Origin: Vicugna vicugna
Lineage: Eukaryota
Direction: 5' to 3'
Length of the DNA stretch: 64,000 bases
NCBI GenBank assembly: GCA_013265495.1
Contig: MU058531.1
Location: forward strand, 2,294,911 to 2,358,910
In this document: positions 14,207 to 26,369 of the stretch, piece by piece
How positions within the stretch are numbered: position 1 is the first letter of the stretch
Layout: each line of letters opens with the position of its first letter
The notes under the pieces: model-generated
What the model saw: the letters and a program-made list of their open reading frames with translations, nothing else
Database searches by the model: none
Told to the model about the DNA's origin: nothing
Program-made: the position numbers and the translations under genes

Positions 14207-15247
14207 GTACTTTAAAAGGGAAATGGAATTGTTAAAATTTTTGAAGTTGAATTCAACCGTATACAGCGCCCAATGTTCAGAAAAACTAGGCCCTGCCATT
14301 GCCCAATAGGAATTTACCATTCTTACTGTAATCAGCTCAAATATGGAAAAATTGGAATGGTAAATAGCTTTAATCAAGCATTAGATATCATGATATAGAT
14401 GACATATACTCCTAGAAACTTAAGCATCATAATTCAGTAAAATCTTACAAACATTCAGGGAGTTGGTTTTGTTAAGAGGGAACATTTTAAAAACAATAAA
14501 AGAAAACCAACCAAACATCTATCTAGCACTATTTATAAAAGGACATTTTAATACCAAAAATAGTGGAGAAAGGTGATTAAATAAATCTAGCAAAGCTCAC
14601 CACATTATGCATTTTCTTGTGTGTACCTCTTGTTTTGTCATGGGCTGTTAGATTGGCATTTAGGAATCACCATTTTGGGAGGTCAGAGATAGCAAAGATC
14701 TGTGTAGGCTATGATGATTCAGGAAAGCCTTCCTGAAAGAAGGTGTAACAGACTACTTAATACAGGATGAGTAACTGAGTTATTCATTGGACTGTGGTAA
14801 TGGTTGCATGCCCTGTAAATTTACTAAAAATCACTGAGTGAATTTTGTGGTATGTCGATTATACCTTAAAACTTTCTTTTTTAAAGTAATTATAAAAGGA
14901 GATATGCTAAAGGAAGGATGTTAGTTTATTTTTTTCCCCAAGAGGCTTGATATTTATTGTCCACTTTTCAATGAAATTAGGAACATAACCGTTAAGTGGA
15001 AAGGCAAGTGCCTGTGTAATTTATGAGAGCACGAGTTATTATAAAGAAATGTAACTGGTTAATATTTAGCTGCCACCAAATTTTTAGTGAAATGATTATC
15101 CCTATCAAACTGGTAGTGCTGGGAAATGATTATCCCTATCAAACTGGTCATGCTCTGACTCCAATAATGTTGTCATTTCTCATAGCACTCTGAATCCTTC
15201 TAGAGCCTATAATACATCTTATATACATGCTCAGGAATGGAAAATTT

Positions 15248-15272
15248 TTCAATAAAAAATGTTAAAAAAAAA
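15248..15272 (+). mobile_element. 25-nt retroposed L1 tail with a perfect 15-bp TSD
   Basis: AGGAATGGAAAATTT (15233-15247) - ttcaataaaaaatgttaaaaaaaaa - AGGAATGGAAAATTT (15273-15287). Confidence 0.8.
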
Positions 15273-15519
15273 AGGAATGGAAAATTTCATGTTTTGGCAT
15301 AGGTCGAATTTTGAAAATAATTGGATCTATTTATGATCAGTTGTCAAGCTAGGAAATATTATAAGCAATATATGCCTGACAGATAATAAGACCGATTCTC
15401 ATATATGGCAATGGTTCTGTACAACAGACTCATTTTGAACTATACATTCTACCATTAAAAAAAAATCTTATTCATATCCCACACTTCAATTTTTCCTACT
15501 TATGTTATGCCCACTAAAG

Positions 15520-15671
15520 GTACGACACCACAGAGGAAAAATTATTTGTACCCATCAACACTGGTGAGAACCCAGCCACGTGAACAGCTCTTTGATCAGT
15601 TGAAAAGGAAACAGCCTGAGCTGTTAACGATGCTAAACTGTTCAGAAAACAACAAAGAAGAGACCGGTCAG
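15520..15671 (+). CDS. KIF11: KIF11 coding exon (probably 20), BimC box with CDK1 site
   Basis: taaag|GTACGA...GGTCAG|gtaaaa; 152 nt; joins to give [14 protein letters not shown], the kinesin-5 BimC box (human T926 equivalent). Confidence 0.96.
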
Positions 15672-15861
15672 GTAAAATTCATTTTAAGCATCATACTTAT
15701 AGAACCCTCCCATCAACTCTTGATGTCATTGACTTCATATGAAGGATTTTATTCTCTGCCCTTCAGTCCTACCCTGTCTTTCATTAAGGATACCTGTCTA
15801 ACCATTAAGCCTGTTTCTTTTAATTGGGCCATTTTTTATTTTTAGACTAATAGATAATTAT

Positions 15862-16062
15862 AATAGACAGTGTTTAGGTTGTGCTTATTATGTGCACTTT
15901 ACAAAAATAGTTACTCAGTTAATTCTCTCAGTAACCCTCAATGGTGGATCCTAGTACTGTCCCCATTTTACAGGTGAGGAAACTAAGAATTACTTTGTCC
16001 CAAGTCACAGGAATGGAGCTGGAATCAGAACCCAGACAAGCACCACAAGCTGTGCCCTTAAC
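15862..16062 (-). mobile_element. MIR SINE
   Basis: ccccattttacaggtgaggaaact...tgtcccaagtcacag, antisense MIR core. Confidence 0.7.
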
Positions 16063-16354
16063 TATAGTAATTATAGAAAAGTTGGGAAATTGGAAAGTAA
16101 CAAAGAAGAAAATAGGAAAGAAACTGTAATCTCTTTATTGAGAGTACCACATTTAACATTTTATTATAGGTACTTCTCTGTATGAAAACATAATAGGAAT
16201 TATTTTTATTATTTTGTACACTTTGTACTAATTTGTTGAAGTTTAACTTTTGTGTAATAGACACTGTGGTATTTTCAAAGAAGAAAACTGCCTTTACTTT
16301 TGTGAAGATTTTTAAGCCCCAGGACTTAATGACTCATCCAACTTCTTATTTTAG

Positions 16355-16471
16355 CACTTAGATGAAGAAAAGGTGGTTCTGGCGGACACTATTGAAGAAC
16401 CTCTAAGTCAAGAGCCATCTGTAGATACTAGTATGGATTGTTCATCAAGTGGTGGGGTTCCATTTTTCCAG
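16355..16471 (+). CDS. KIF11: KIF11 coding exon (probably 21)
   Basis: tttag|CACTTA...TTCCAG|gtacct; 117 nt; ...[26 protein letters not shown]. Confidence 0.94.
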
Positions 16472-17887
16472 GTACCTGATTACATCTTATCAGATAACCC
16501 TTCCACATCTGATGTCAGTCGGCTATTTAATATTCAGTATAAAGGCATTACTCTTAGTGGCTGAGACATAAAAAATATTTTAGTCATTCCTCTGGGATGG
16601 CTTGTTAACTTTTCTGATTTTAATTATTTACACAAATATGGTAATTGATTAAGTGTTTTCTGTAGGATAAATAAAGGCAAAATTTGACTTAATCCCACAC
16701 TCAGCTGGTAATCTTCAACTGTTACAGTTATCCCTTTTCTGCCTCCAACATACTCAGATGATACTGAATGCAGTCATTTCTCTCTTCCCTCCACCTTTGA
16801 CATGGAAGTCCTAGAGCTTATCTCTGCCCATAATCAGACTTCGGAGGCCAAGAAGTTTGAAAGATAGAGAGACCAAAGGCCTCTCAGGTTAAATGACTGC
16901 TTTCTCCTGCCTGAGGCTTTTCTCCTATTAACTATTTCCCCATATTGCCTGAACTCCTCACCTGCCTTGATCTTGTGTGTTTAAATCCTGTGACCTTTCC
17001 TACTACTGCTGGGAGGATGGCACTATAAACTGCCTAACACTTTTCCCTCGAATTTGAAGACATGAGCCTAGACAGTCTGTGAAGTAAGGATTTCCTTACA
17101 GAGGACAATTGATATCTATATTTTATAGTTGAAGTGCTGCTTCTGATATGCACATGCACAATTGTACCTGTCTTTAATAGACCAGCAGGTCTTTCCACCA
17201 AGATCTAAATATTCTCCATCCCTGATTTAAGTTGTAAAATTTCTAAGTCAGATTCTATTACATTCCTCTCTATCTGCATCAGGGCAATTTTATCCCCAAA
17301 GTCTTCCTACCTTATGCTTTATTCCTTACTATTAGAAAACTCTAAGTGTATTTCCTTCTATTTTTTGACCCTCTTTTCTGTCTTGTAAAGTTAAGAAAAG
17401 GGAGAAAGTTAGGAGAGGAGAAACTTAGTGACTACTTAATCCCTGTCTGGAAATCCTTTCATTATTACAGCATATAGCATTTTGAAGGCCAGGCTTAGTG
17501 GTTCAGCTCCAGCAAGGAAGTCCCTAGCGTACCAGGAAAGACCTGGGATGGATTTTAGACCTTTTGTTGAAGTCCAGAAAGTTTTTTCTCTGATAGCAGT
17601 CTGATATGGGGAAACTGGGTTAAAAACTCTGAAGTTGGTTTGTAATTTGTTTCAGAATTGATAAATGGGTCTACAATGAATGTCATCAGTCACTTAAAGC
17701 TCTCTAAGGGCAAGTACTAGGATTCCAATGAAATATTCCCAAATTAGAAATATGAAATAAGATTTTTTTAAAAGATAAAATATAGTTTAAACAAAAAGTA
17801 TCTTGAGATACCCTATTTTTATCAGATTCTCTGCTTAAATTAGAGTTGCCATTTTTTTGTACGATGGTAAATGTTTTTTCCCTAGAG

Positions 17888-18100
17888 CAAGATTTCTCAA
17901 CAGCAGCACTACTGACATTTTGTACTGGATAATCCTTTGTTATCCTGGACTGTCCTGTGTATTATATGATGTTTAGCAATATCCCTGGCTTCTACCTACT
18001 AGAAGTCAGTAGCACCGCCTAGTTTTAACAACCAAAAATGTCCTCAGACACTACCAAATGTCCCCTGTGGGACAGAATTGCTCCCTGTTGCAAACCATCG
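17888..18100. mobile_element. MER20 hAT-Charlie DNA transposon in the last KIF11 intron
   Basis: gatttctcaac...gatgtttagcaatatccctggc...acaaccaaaaatgtcctcagaca...aaatgtcccctg...gttgcaaacc resembles MER20. Confidence 0.85.
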
Positions 18101-18363
18101 CTCCACAATAAAATCTGTAATGATTCCTTGAAAAATCATACAGAAAATTAATATTTCTTTTACCTCACTTGGTGGTAAAATGAAGAAGGCATTGATTTCT
18201 CCTTGCCAAACAAATCATTGGCTCAAATTTGTGCTGAGCATTTTCTGAAGTTTTCCACACCTAGTTTCTTGCCTATAACTCAGAGAACTTTGAAAATAGA
18301 ATATGGTTAATATGTATCAAATGTTACTTTATATTGACTTAATTTCTCCTCTTAAATCCACAG

Positions 18364-18495
18364 CATAAAAAATCACATGGAAAAGACAAAGAAAACAGAG
18401 GCATTAATCCATTGGAGAAGTCTAAAGTGGAAGATACTACAGAGCAATCTGTTATGAAGAGCAGATTACCTCTACGAGCCCAGAACAATTTTTAG
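18364..18495 (+). CDS. KIF11: KIF11 final coding exon (probably 22) with stop codon
   Basis: cacag|CATAAA...TTTTAG; 132 nt; [24 protein letters not shown]...[14 protein letters not shown] box and RxxL D-box. Confidence 0.95.
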   Translation, partial: HKKSHGKDKENRGINPLEKSKVEDTTEQSVMKSRLPLRAQNNF

Positions 18496-19815
18496 TTCAC
18501 TCGAGGATTGGTAATTTTACTTTTTAAGAAAAATGAAAAATAAAACCTGTAACTCCAGAACTTGAGCCTTGTGTATAGATTAAAAACAAGTAGAAAATAT
18601 CAAGGCAGTACTGTAAATTTAGTTGCATTTAATGGCTACCCATTTTTCTGTCATTCCTGTAGTTCACTGTATATTGGGCTTCATTTGGAATTTGCATTGA
18701 GTAAATATATATTTCTAGCTTTTGATATAAAATAGCGCTTTTATAACAAATGGGAAGTACTTTTCTTGTGTATTACTAAATAGCAGATACATAGAATCTG
18801 CACTGTTCTTTTTACATTTGAACTTACAAAGGTAAATGTCACCAATGCTTGGTCTTGGGAAGGACCATATTCTTTCTTTTCTTGCTATGACTGAATTATG
18901 TTTATATTCGCTTGCCTCCTTCCCTAGACTTTTTCATTCTGCCTTCTCTCACTTTCTCCCTTTTTATTTTCACCAAACCATTTGTAGAGCTACAAAATGG
19001 TATCCATTATTATTATGAGATAGCCAGAATTTTACCTAGAAATCTTTAACACTTTTCTGTGGTTATCTCTAAAATCACTGTCAACAATAAACATAAATGT
19101 AGAAGTATCCCTTCCCTCAATATTTTTAATTTGTTTCCCCCTAGATGTAAAAGCATTTCATTCCTTTATGAGGCCTCACACATTAGTGCCCAGAGGGTTC
19201 ACAAAAAGCCATCTTCTCCAGAATATAGATTGCTATTATGGGAGAACCACCTAGAGCTGTGATTAATGGCTATGTGGCCCCATTTTGAGGCCTGTATCTT
19301 GTACAGAAGGTCACAGTGATTTAAGAGCTTTCTGAAGCTGTTAATTATGACTATAATTTTTATTCTTTTGTTTACCTGATGAAACTTTTTGTTGTTCTTT
19401 GTATATAATAAAATATGTGTGTATATATTTTTCTCTATTGACATCTTAACCCTTAGAAGTGCCCTGACAATTTTGATCTGGCAGCCAGATTTCTGGAAAT
19501 TGGGATGTTTCAGCATGAAGAACCAAAGCACTTAAAAGGAATATATGCAAAGAATAAGTTTTGTGCCCACATCAAGTTGAGTATACAAATTCAGAGTTTG
19601 ATATCTAAGTAAAATCAAACCCTGTTGGAGAATTAGCAAATGTGCTACTTTGAGGAACTAAATTTGCCATGCAGAAGTATTCATTATCTTAATAAGAATA
19701 ATCATACAATTTCTCTGCAAAATCTGATATCAACATAAGCTATGGATAATATCTAATAAAATAAACCACCATCAGTAAATTCATGATTAATAAATTTGGT
19801 TTCTTATATTAACTT
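18496..19815 (+). other. KIF11: KIF11 3'UTR with a cluster of polyadenylation signals
   Basis: AT-rich, follows the stop; AATAAA at 19755, 19760 and 19789 followed by T/GT-rich sequence; 3' end approximate. Confidence 0.7.
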
Positions 19816-20706
19816 GCTTGTCTCATTATTTCTTATTTGGCAGTGGATATGTTTACAGAGTTAAGCAAGCTGTATTAAAATTCCTAAAATAAACTTTTAC
19901 ACAGGTACCACCAAGGAAGAGGGCCTTGGTAAGGAATTCCAGGCTTTTGGGTGCACTCCAAGGGGCTAGAGCTTAGTGTGAGATAAACGAGGAACAGATT
20001 GTTCCTCACAGGGCCTGAAGTCCAGCTTTAAGGCATCTCATTCCCTGTCTTAAAGTTACCTAGGAATGCTAATGCATCTAGTCGAACTGCCTGACAGAAG
20101 CAAAAATAAATCTCTGGTGAATTTTAACATCCAGAGCCATAAATTACTTCTACAAATTTTCATACACAATGTCATGCACTCAAAAAATAACCTTCAGCAA
20201 AAATAGAGTAGGTAGCTTCAAGGACTCATTCCTCCTCAGAGGCAAAAACATTCAGAAACAATTTTGTCAGAACTTGGGCAAACAGAGGTTTACAGATTCA
20301 AGCAAATGTTGAATCAAGAACAAGGCAATGTAAAAACTAGGAAAGCTTTCTGGGCTCCATTCTCCTTGCCAACTCTGTGGTGGTCTTGAAGATGGGCAGC
20401 AGCCCATGGTTCTCAGAGTGGAGCTCTGTTCCCTGGGAGCAGAGAAGATGCTAATCTCAAAAAGTCTTTTGTTGTAACCTATCTGGGCCGACCTGAAGGA
20501 CTGAAGCATGGCAGTCCTTTCCTTTATTCATCTAACCCAGATCCCAGGGTGGAAAAATGATAGGCATTTCTTTAAAATATTGTAAATGAACATCCTGCTA
20601 CCAACACTGGCGAAAGATTACAGCTGAGGTAAATAAAGGAGTGCCTAAAGCGTGAGGGGAAAAAAAGAATTTCCTAGGGAAATTAGGCTATTCAAAAACA
20701 ACACTG

Positions 20707-20792
20707 AAGGGTGGGAATAGCCCAGTGGTAGAGCGCATGCTTAGCGTGCACGAGGTTCTGAGTTCTATCCCCAGTACCTCCATTAAAAAAAC
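20707..20792 (+). mobile_element. tRNA-derived SINE (camelid-type, short form)
   Basis: A box tagcccagtgg, B-box-like gagttctatcc, ccagtacctcc, A tail; imperfect TSD aaaacaac(t)actg. Confidence 0.8.
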
Positions 20793-22055
20793 AAAACAAC
20801 TACTGTGTATACTGGGGAACTGAAAAAGCCACTCATGTTTAAGCCGAGTTGTCAAAGACCTGAGAAGACCTAAACTTTCACTGCTGGCTGAACTCTAGGC
20901 TCAGCACGAGCAGGAAGTTAAGGCTAAGCAGGTTTAAAATGGCCTAGTTAAGCACTGAAGGGGGGTCACAACACAGCCAGTCTACAAAGATTGGGAGGAT
21001 TTTTTTCTCTTAATTCTTGTTTTATATATATTTATTTTTTGGTCACTGCCATTCAAGGAAATCTGTCAACACAGTCGCTGAACACAAGGAAAAGAAAAAG
21101 TCTACAGAGACTGTAAGTCAAAGGATTGAGACTACCAAAAATAGTTTAGAAAAGTCACTAAACAAACTGCTACAACCCACAGCAAGGAACAAAAACCTTG
21201 AGGTATGAAGAATCTGGTTTCCGGAGTTACCATATTATAATATTCAAAATGCTCAGTTTTCAAAAAAGCTAGGAATTATGCAAATAAAGTAGGACTCATT
21301 CACAGAAGAAAGTAACAAACCATCCCTGAGGAAGCACAAACTTTGGATTTGAAATCAGGTGCCTCATATATGCTCACAGAGATAAATGAAAATTAGTAGA
21401 AAAATGTCTTAACAAATAGTAAATTATCCATGAAAAAACTGTAAAAAGGAACCATACAAATCTGGAGCTTAAAAGTAAAACAACCGAAATTGGAAAAAAA
21501 AATTCATTAGAGGCATTCAATAGTAGATATGAGTAGGCAATAGAAAGCCAGTGAACTTGAAGCTAGGTCAATTCAAATTGTCCAATGGAGAAGCAAAAAG
21601 AAAAAGAATGAAGGAAAAATAGAGCTTAAGAAACCTGTGGAACACAATGAAGCATACCAACATTTGCAAAAAAGGAGCATCAGAGGTTCAGGAGAGAAAG
21701 AAAGGGACAGAAAGAATACTTAAAAAATAGTGGCTGAAAACTAATCAAATTTGTTAAAACACTTAAACCTACACATCCAAGATGCTCAACAAATCAGGAC
21801 AAATTCAAAGAGATCCACAACAAGACACATTACAGTCAAACTGTCAAAGCTGAAGACAGAATCTTGAAAGCAAGAGAGTAGTCTTCAGGAAAATGCAAAT
21901 CAAAACCACAGTGAGATATCACTTCACATTCACAGCACAGCTGTGATAGAAACAGAAAATAACAAGTGTTGGTAAAGATGTTCAATGGGAAATCTCACGT
22001 AATGCTGCTGGGAAAGTAAAACGGTTCAGCCACTGTTTAAAAAGAGTGGTGGTTC

Positions 22056-22813
22056 CTCTCCTACACTGTTGGTGCGAATGTAAATTGGTGCAGCCACTAT
22101 GGAGGACAATATGGAGGTTCCTTAAAAAACTAAAAATAGATTTACCATATGATCCAGAAATCCCACTCCTGGGCATATATCCAGATGAAACTATAATTCA
22201 AAAAGAGACATGCATCCCAATGTTCATAGCACTATTCACAGTAGCCAAGACATGGAAATGACTTAAATGTCCATCAACAGATGAATAAAGAAGATGTGGT
22301 ATACAATGGAATACTACTTAGCCATAAAAAAGAGTGAAATAATGCCATTTGCAGCAACATGGATGGACCTAGAGATGAACATATTAAGTGACATAAATCA
22401 GATGGAGAGACAAATATCATATGATATCACTTCTATATGATATTTAAAAAAGATACACATTTTATTTACAAACCAGAAATAGATTCTGACACAGAAAGCA
22501 AACTATGCTTACCAAAGAGGAAAGGTGGGGAGGGATAAATTAGGAGTTTGGGGTTAACAGAAACACACTATTGTATATAAAACAGATAAACAACAAGGAC
22601 CTACTGTATAGCACATGAAATTATATTCAACTTCTTGTAATAAGCTATAATGGAAAAGAATCTATAATATATATGTGTATGTCTGTATATGTATAACTGA
22701 ATCACTTTGCTGTACACCTGAAACTAACACTGTAAATCAACTATGTTTCAATAAAAAATAAAATTAATAAAAAAAGAAAAGATAAATTCTCAAGAACATA
22801 GGAAAAGAAAGTT
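22056..22813 (+). mobile_element. Younger 5'-truncated LINE-1 nested in the older L1
   Basis: ORF2 C-terminal peptide [40 protein letters not shown], 3'UTR, A tail; TSD tggtggttc 22047-22055 / 22814-22822. Confidence 0.9.
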
Positions 22814-23367
22814 TGGTGGTTCTTAAAGAAGTTAAATGTACAATTAACATATGATTCAGCAATTCCACTCCTAGGCATCTACACAAGAGAAAAGAAAACA
22901 TTTATCCACAGAAAAATTGATACACAAATGTTCATGTTAGCACTATCAAAAGAGCCAAACAATATTAACAACCCAAGTACCTAGCAACATATGAATGAAT
23001 AAACAAAATGTGTTATATGCATACAATGGATTATTAGCCATAAAAAAGAATGAAATACTGATATATGCCACTATGTGGGTAAGCCTTGAAAATATAACAC
23101 TAAGTGAAAGAAGTCAGATGCCCAAGTTCATATATTGTATGTTTCCATTTATATGAAATATTCAGAATAAATAAATTCATACAAACAGATTGGTGGTTGC
23201 CAAAACTGTTTTTAGTCAGTGGGAAAGGGAGTGATTGCTTAATGAATGTGGGGTTTTCTTTTGGGATGTTAGAAATGTGTTAGAACTGGACAGATATGGT
23301 GGTTGTACAACATTGTGAATATACTAAGTGCTTTGTATATTCATGCACTTTAAAATGATTTATTTTA

Positions 23368-23468
23368 ATTAAAAATGTTCAGGTATAAATGGCATATAAC
23401 ATTAATTTAAGTGTACAACATAATGATTTGGTATTCACATATATAGTGAAATGATCACCATAATAAGT
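23368..23468 (-). mobile_element. Short antisense L1 3' terminus with a 19-bp TSD
   Basis: tttaaaatgatt(t/c)atttta at 23349-23367 and 23469-23487 flanks gtgtacaacataatgatttg...gaaatgatcacca. Confidence 0.75.
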
Positions 23469-24969
23469 TTTAAAATGATTCATTTTATATTATGTGACTT
23501 TGACTTAAAATATAAGCCATTCAAATATAAAGGGAGTCCTATCATATATTAAAGAAAAACTAATTGAATCACAAAGGCATCAATATTGTAGGTAGATTTG
23601 ATCAGCAGATAGAAAAATGTTCTTAAATGAACATGACAATTTAAAAATGTATCATGCACATAGTATGCCCATAAAACACAGCTGTTTACACTCCTTTAAA
23701 AAAAAAAAAACCTAGTATACAAGGAGACAGACCAAAAACTAAGAGAAAAGAGAACAAAAATAATTACAGAAATTACAGCTAGTGGAGTTGCCAAACAAGA
23801 TCTTTTAAAATTAAACATTTAAAGAATTTAAAGACAAAATGGAGTATTTTGGATGAAAATTGGAAATTATAGAATAAGAAATATAATAATTCATAATTTA
23901 TTATATTTTTCAGTTCTAGAAAATGTGTTTAGGTTCTTAACAGATGTAGTTAAAAAGAGTTTTAAAAAGTGGATGATAAGTTAGAAGAAAATAGTTACAC
24001 TGAAGCAAGGCAAGACAAAAGGATGAGAAACATGAAAGAAATAGAAAATTCTGAAGAATATTGTGAAGAGATCTAACATGCATGTAATTAGCACCTAACA
24101 AGGAAGAAGAGAGAATGGGACTGAAGCCCCATAAATCCTGATCGGGATAAATACAAAGTCACACCTAGGTACACCATAGTCAAACTGCTAAGAGCAAACA
24201 ATAAAGAAAAAAAACCTTATAAGTAACCAAAGGAAAAAGACATTACTTTCATAGGAACAATGATTATGCTGACAGCTGACTTTGCAATAGAAAGAATGGA
24301 AACAGACAATGGAATGATAGCTTCAAAGCACTGAATGAGGTAAAGTCGGCGGGAACAGTGGAGTAAGGTCTTCCAAAAACCTATTCCTCCATAAAAGCAA
24401 TGAGAATCCTGAGAAAATGGGTCAAGATCAATTTTTTCAGAATTCTGGTAATGAACCAAAAGCTTGTAACAACCCAAGGAAAACTTACTAAAGAAAAAGG
24501 ATGTGTTTTGGTAAGAATGGTGAGCTTTGTGGTGTTTTAACTTGACCTGTTCTCATCACTCTCCCCAGCTCCACATTAGCCTTGAAAACCAACAGTCCCA
24601 CATAGTGAAAACCAGTAGGCTAGTAGTCACTGGCTGGGGTAGAACAGGTATGGAGCTCCCTGAAAACACTGTTCTCAGAGAACTGTCATTATTTGACCTG
24701 TCTGGCTGTTCCCTTGAAACCTACAGTCATAGGACATAGGTTAAATTCAATAAATTTGAAGTCATACAAAGTATGACCTCCAAACACAATGGAATAAAAT
24801 TAAAAATCAATAATAGAAGGACATTTGAGAAATTCACAAATGTGAAGAAATGAGACAATACACTCCTAAATAACCAGTGGGTCAATGGAAAAATCACAAG
24901 AGAAGTTAGAAAATACTTTTGAGGTGAATGAAAACAAATACAGAATGTACCAAAACATATGGGATGCAG

Positions 24970-25130
24970 GGTGGGTAGGTATAGCTCAGTGGTAGAGTGT
25001 GTGCTTAGTATACGTGAAGTCCTGGGTTCAATCCCCAGTACCTCCATAAAATAATAATTATAATAATAATAAATTATAAATAAATAGATAAATAAATAAA
25101 TAAATAAACCTAATTACCGCTCCCCCCAAG
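24970..25130 (+). mobile_element. tRNA-derived SINE (camelid-type, long form)
   Basis: ggtatagctcagtggtagag...gggttcaatccccagtacctcc, (TAAA)n, aaacctaattacc; TSD aaa(a/g)catatgggatgcag 24952-24969 / 25131-25148. Confidence 0.9.
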
Positions 25131-25525
25131 AAAGCATATGGGATGCAGAGAAGTGATGCTTAGAAGGAAATTTATATGGGCACATACCTATATGAAAAAG
25201 GAAAAAAGATCTTAACTTGCTCTTCCACCTTAAGGCAGTTGAAAGAGAAGTACAAACTAAACCCAAAGCAAATAGAAGGAAGGACATAACAGAGTGGGAA
25301 TAAATAAATTAGAGAAGTAAAAAAACAATAGAGATAATTAAATAGCAGAAACAAATTAACTGATTGCCATTACAGAACTCTAGACCTAATGAAAATATTT
25401 TTTGGAAATGATGGTGCGTTAAAGGCATGTTATGCGTCTAAGAAATGAAAACTGATTTTGTCATCACCAAACTGGCACTGAAGGAAATACTAAAGGCTAT
25501 TCTTTAAACAAAAAGAAAATGATAC

Positions 25526-26073
25526 AATACATGCATCCTAGTCTTCATCGGAGCACTATATACAATAGCCAAGATATAGAAGCAAACTAAATGTCCATTG
25601 ATGGATGACAGGATAAAGAAGATGTGGTTTACACATATCCATTGGAATACTACTAAGCCATAAAAATAATGAAACAATGCCATTTGTAGCAACTAAGTGA
25701 AATAAGTCAGACAGAAAGACAATATTTATGATATCACTTATGTGTGGAATATAAAATCTGATACAAAAGAATTTATTTACAAAACAGAAACAGACTCACA
25801 GATACAGAAAATAAACTTATGGTACCAAAGGGGAAAGTGGGGGCGGGGGTGAGGGATAAACTAGGAATTTGGGATTAGCACATACAAACTACTATATACA
25901 AAATAGATGAATAACAAGGTCCTACTGTATAGCACAGGGAACTATGTTCAATATCTTGTAATAATCTATAATGAAAAAGAGTATATATATATGTATAACT
26001 GAATAACAATGCTGTATACCAGAAATTAACAGAACATTATATATCAACTATACTTTTATTTTAAAAAATTTGG
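25526..26073 (+). mobile_element. 5'-truncated LINE-1 with a 14-bp TSD
   Basis: ORF2 end and 3'UTR (ctactgtatagcacagggaactat); TSD aaagaaaatgatac 25512-25525 / 26074-26087. Confidence 0.9.
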
Positions 26074-26369
26074 AAAGAAAATGATACCAAATGGCATCTC
26101 AGGGATGTAGGAAAGATAGAGAGCAACAGGAAATATAAATGCAAATATATAAAAGTAAATAAGCGCTATAAAACAATAACAATGTTTTGTATGGTCTAAA
26201 ATGTATATGAAATGAAAACTCTTAAGGACAGCGTATAAGATGGAAGAAGGGTAAGAGGAGTTAAAGGGTTCAAAGATTCTTTGATTATCTGGGAGGTAGT
26301 AAGGATCTAATTAATATTAGACTTTGATAAGTAAAGTCTAAGTAAAATATTAAACTTGAAAAGAATACG

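Larger units (their letters stand above)
20810..23510 (+). mobile_element. Old LINE-1 (5'/ORF1 remnant joined to ORF2 end and 3'UTR), host to younger insertions
   Basis: ORF1-like A-rich remnant 21400-21880; gaaaatgcaaatcaaaaccacagtgagatatcac at ~21890; 3'UTR 22820-23510. Confidence 0.75.
23700..26360 (+). mobile_element. Ancient L1 ORF1-region remnant interrupted by other L1 pieces and a SINE
   Basis: ORF1-like motifs (cacacctaggtacaccatagtcaaactgct; acagctgactttgcaatagaaagaatggaa); L1 5'/ORF2 fragment 24340-25360. Confidence 0.6.

Noticed and set aside
14924..15060. Possible antisense processed-pseudogene 3' end (T-run with TTTATT ~18 nt away)
   Set aside because: No TSD found and no recognisable parent transcript; a BLAST search would be needed.
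24970..25045. tRNA-like sequences (also 20707 and 53820-53893)
   Set aside because: Degenerate stems, A-rich tails and TSDs mark them as SINEs, not tRNA genes.
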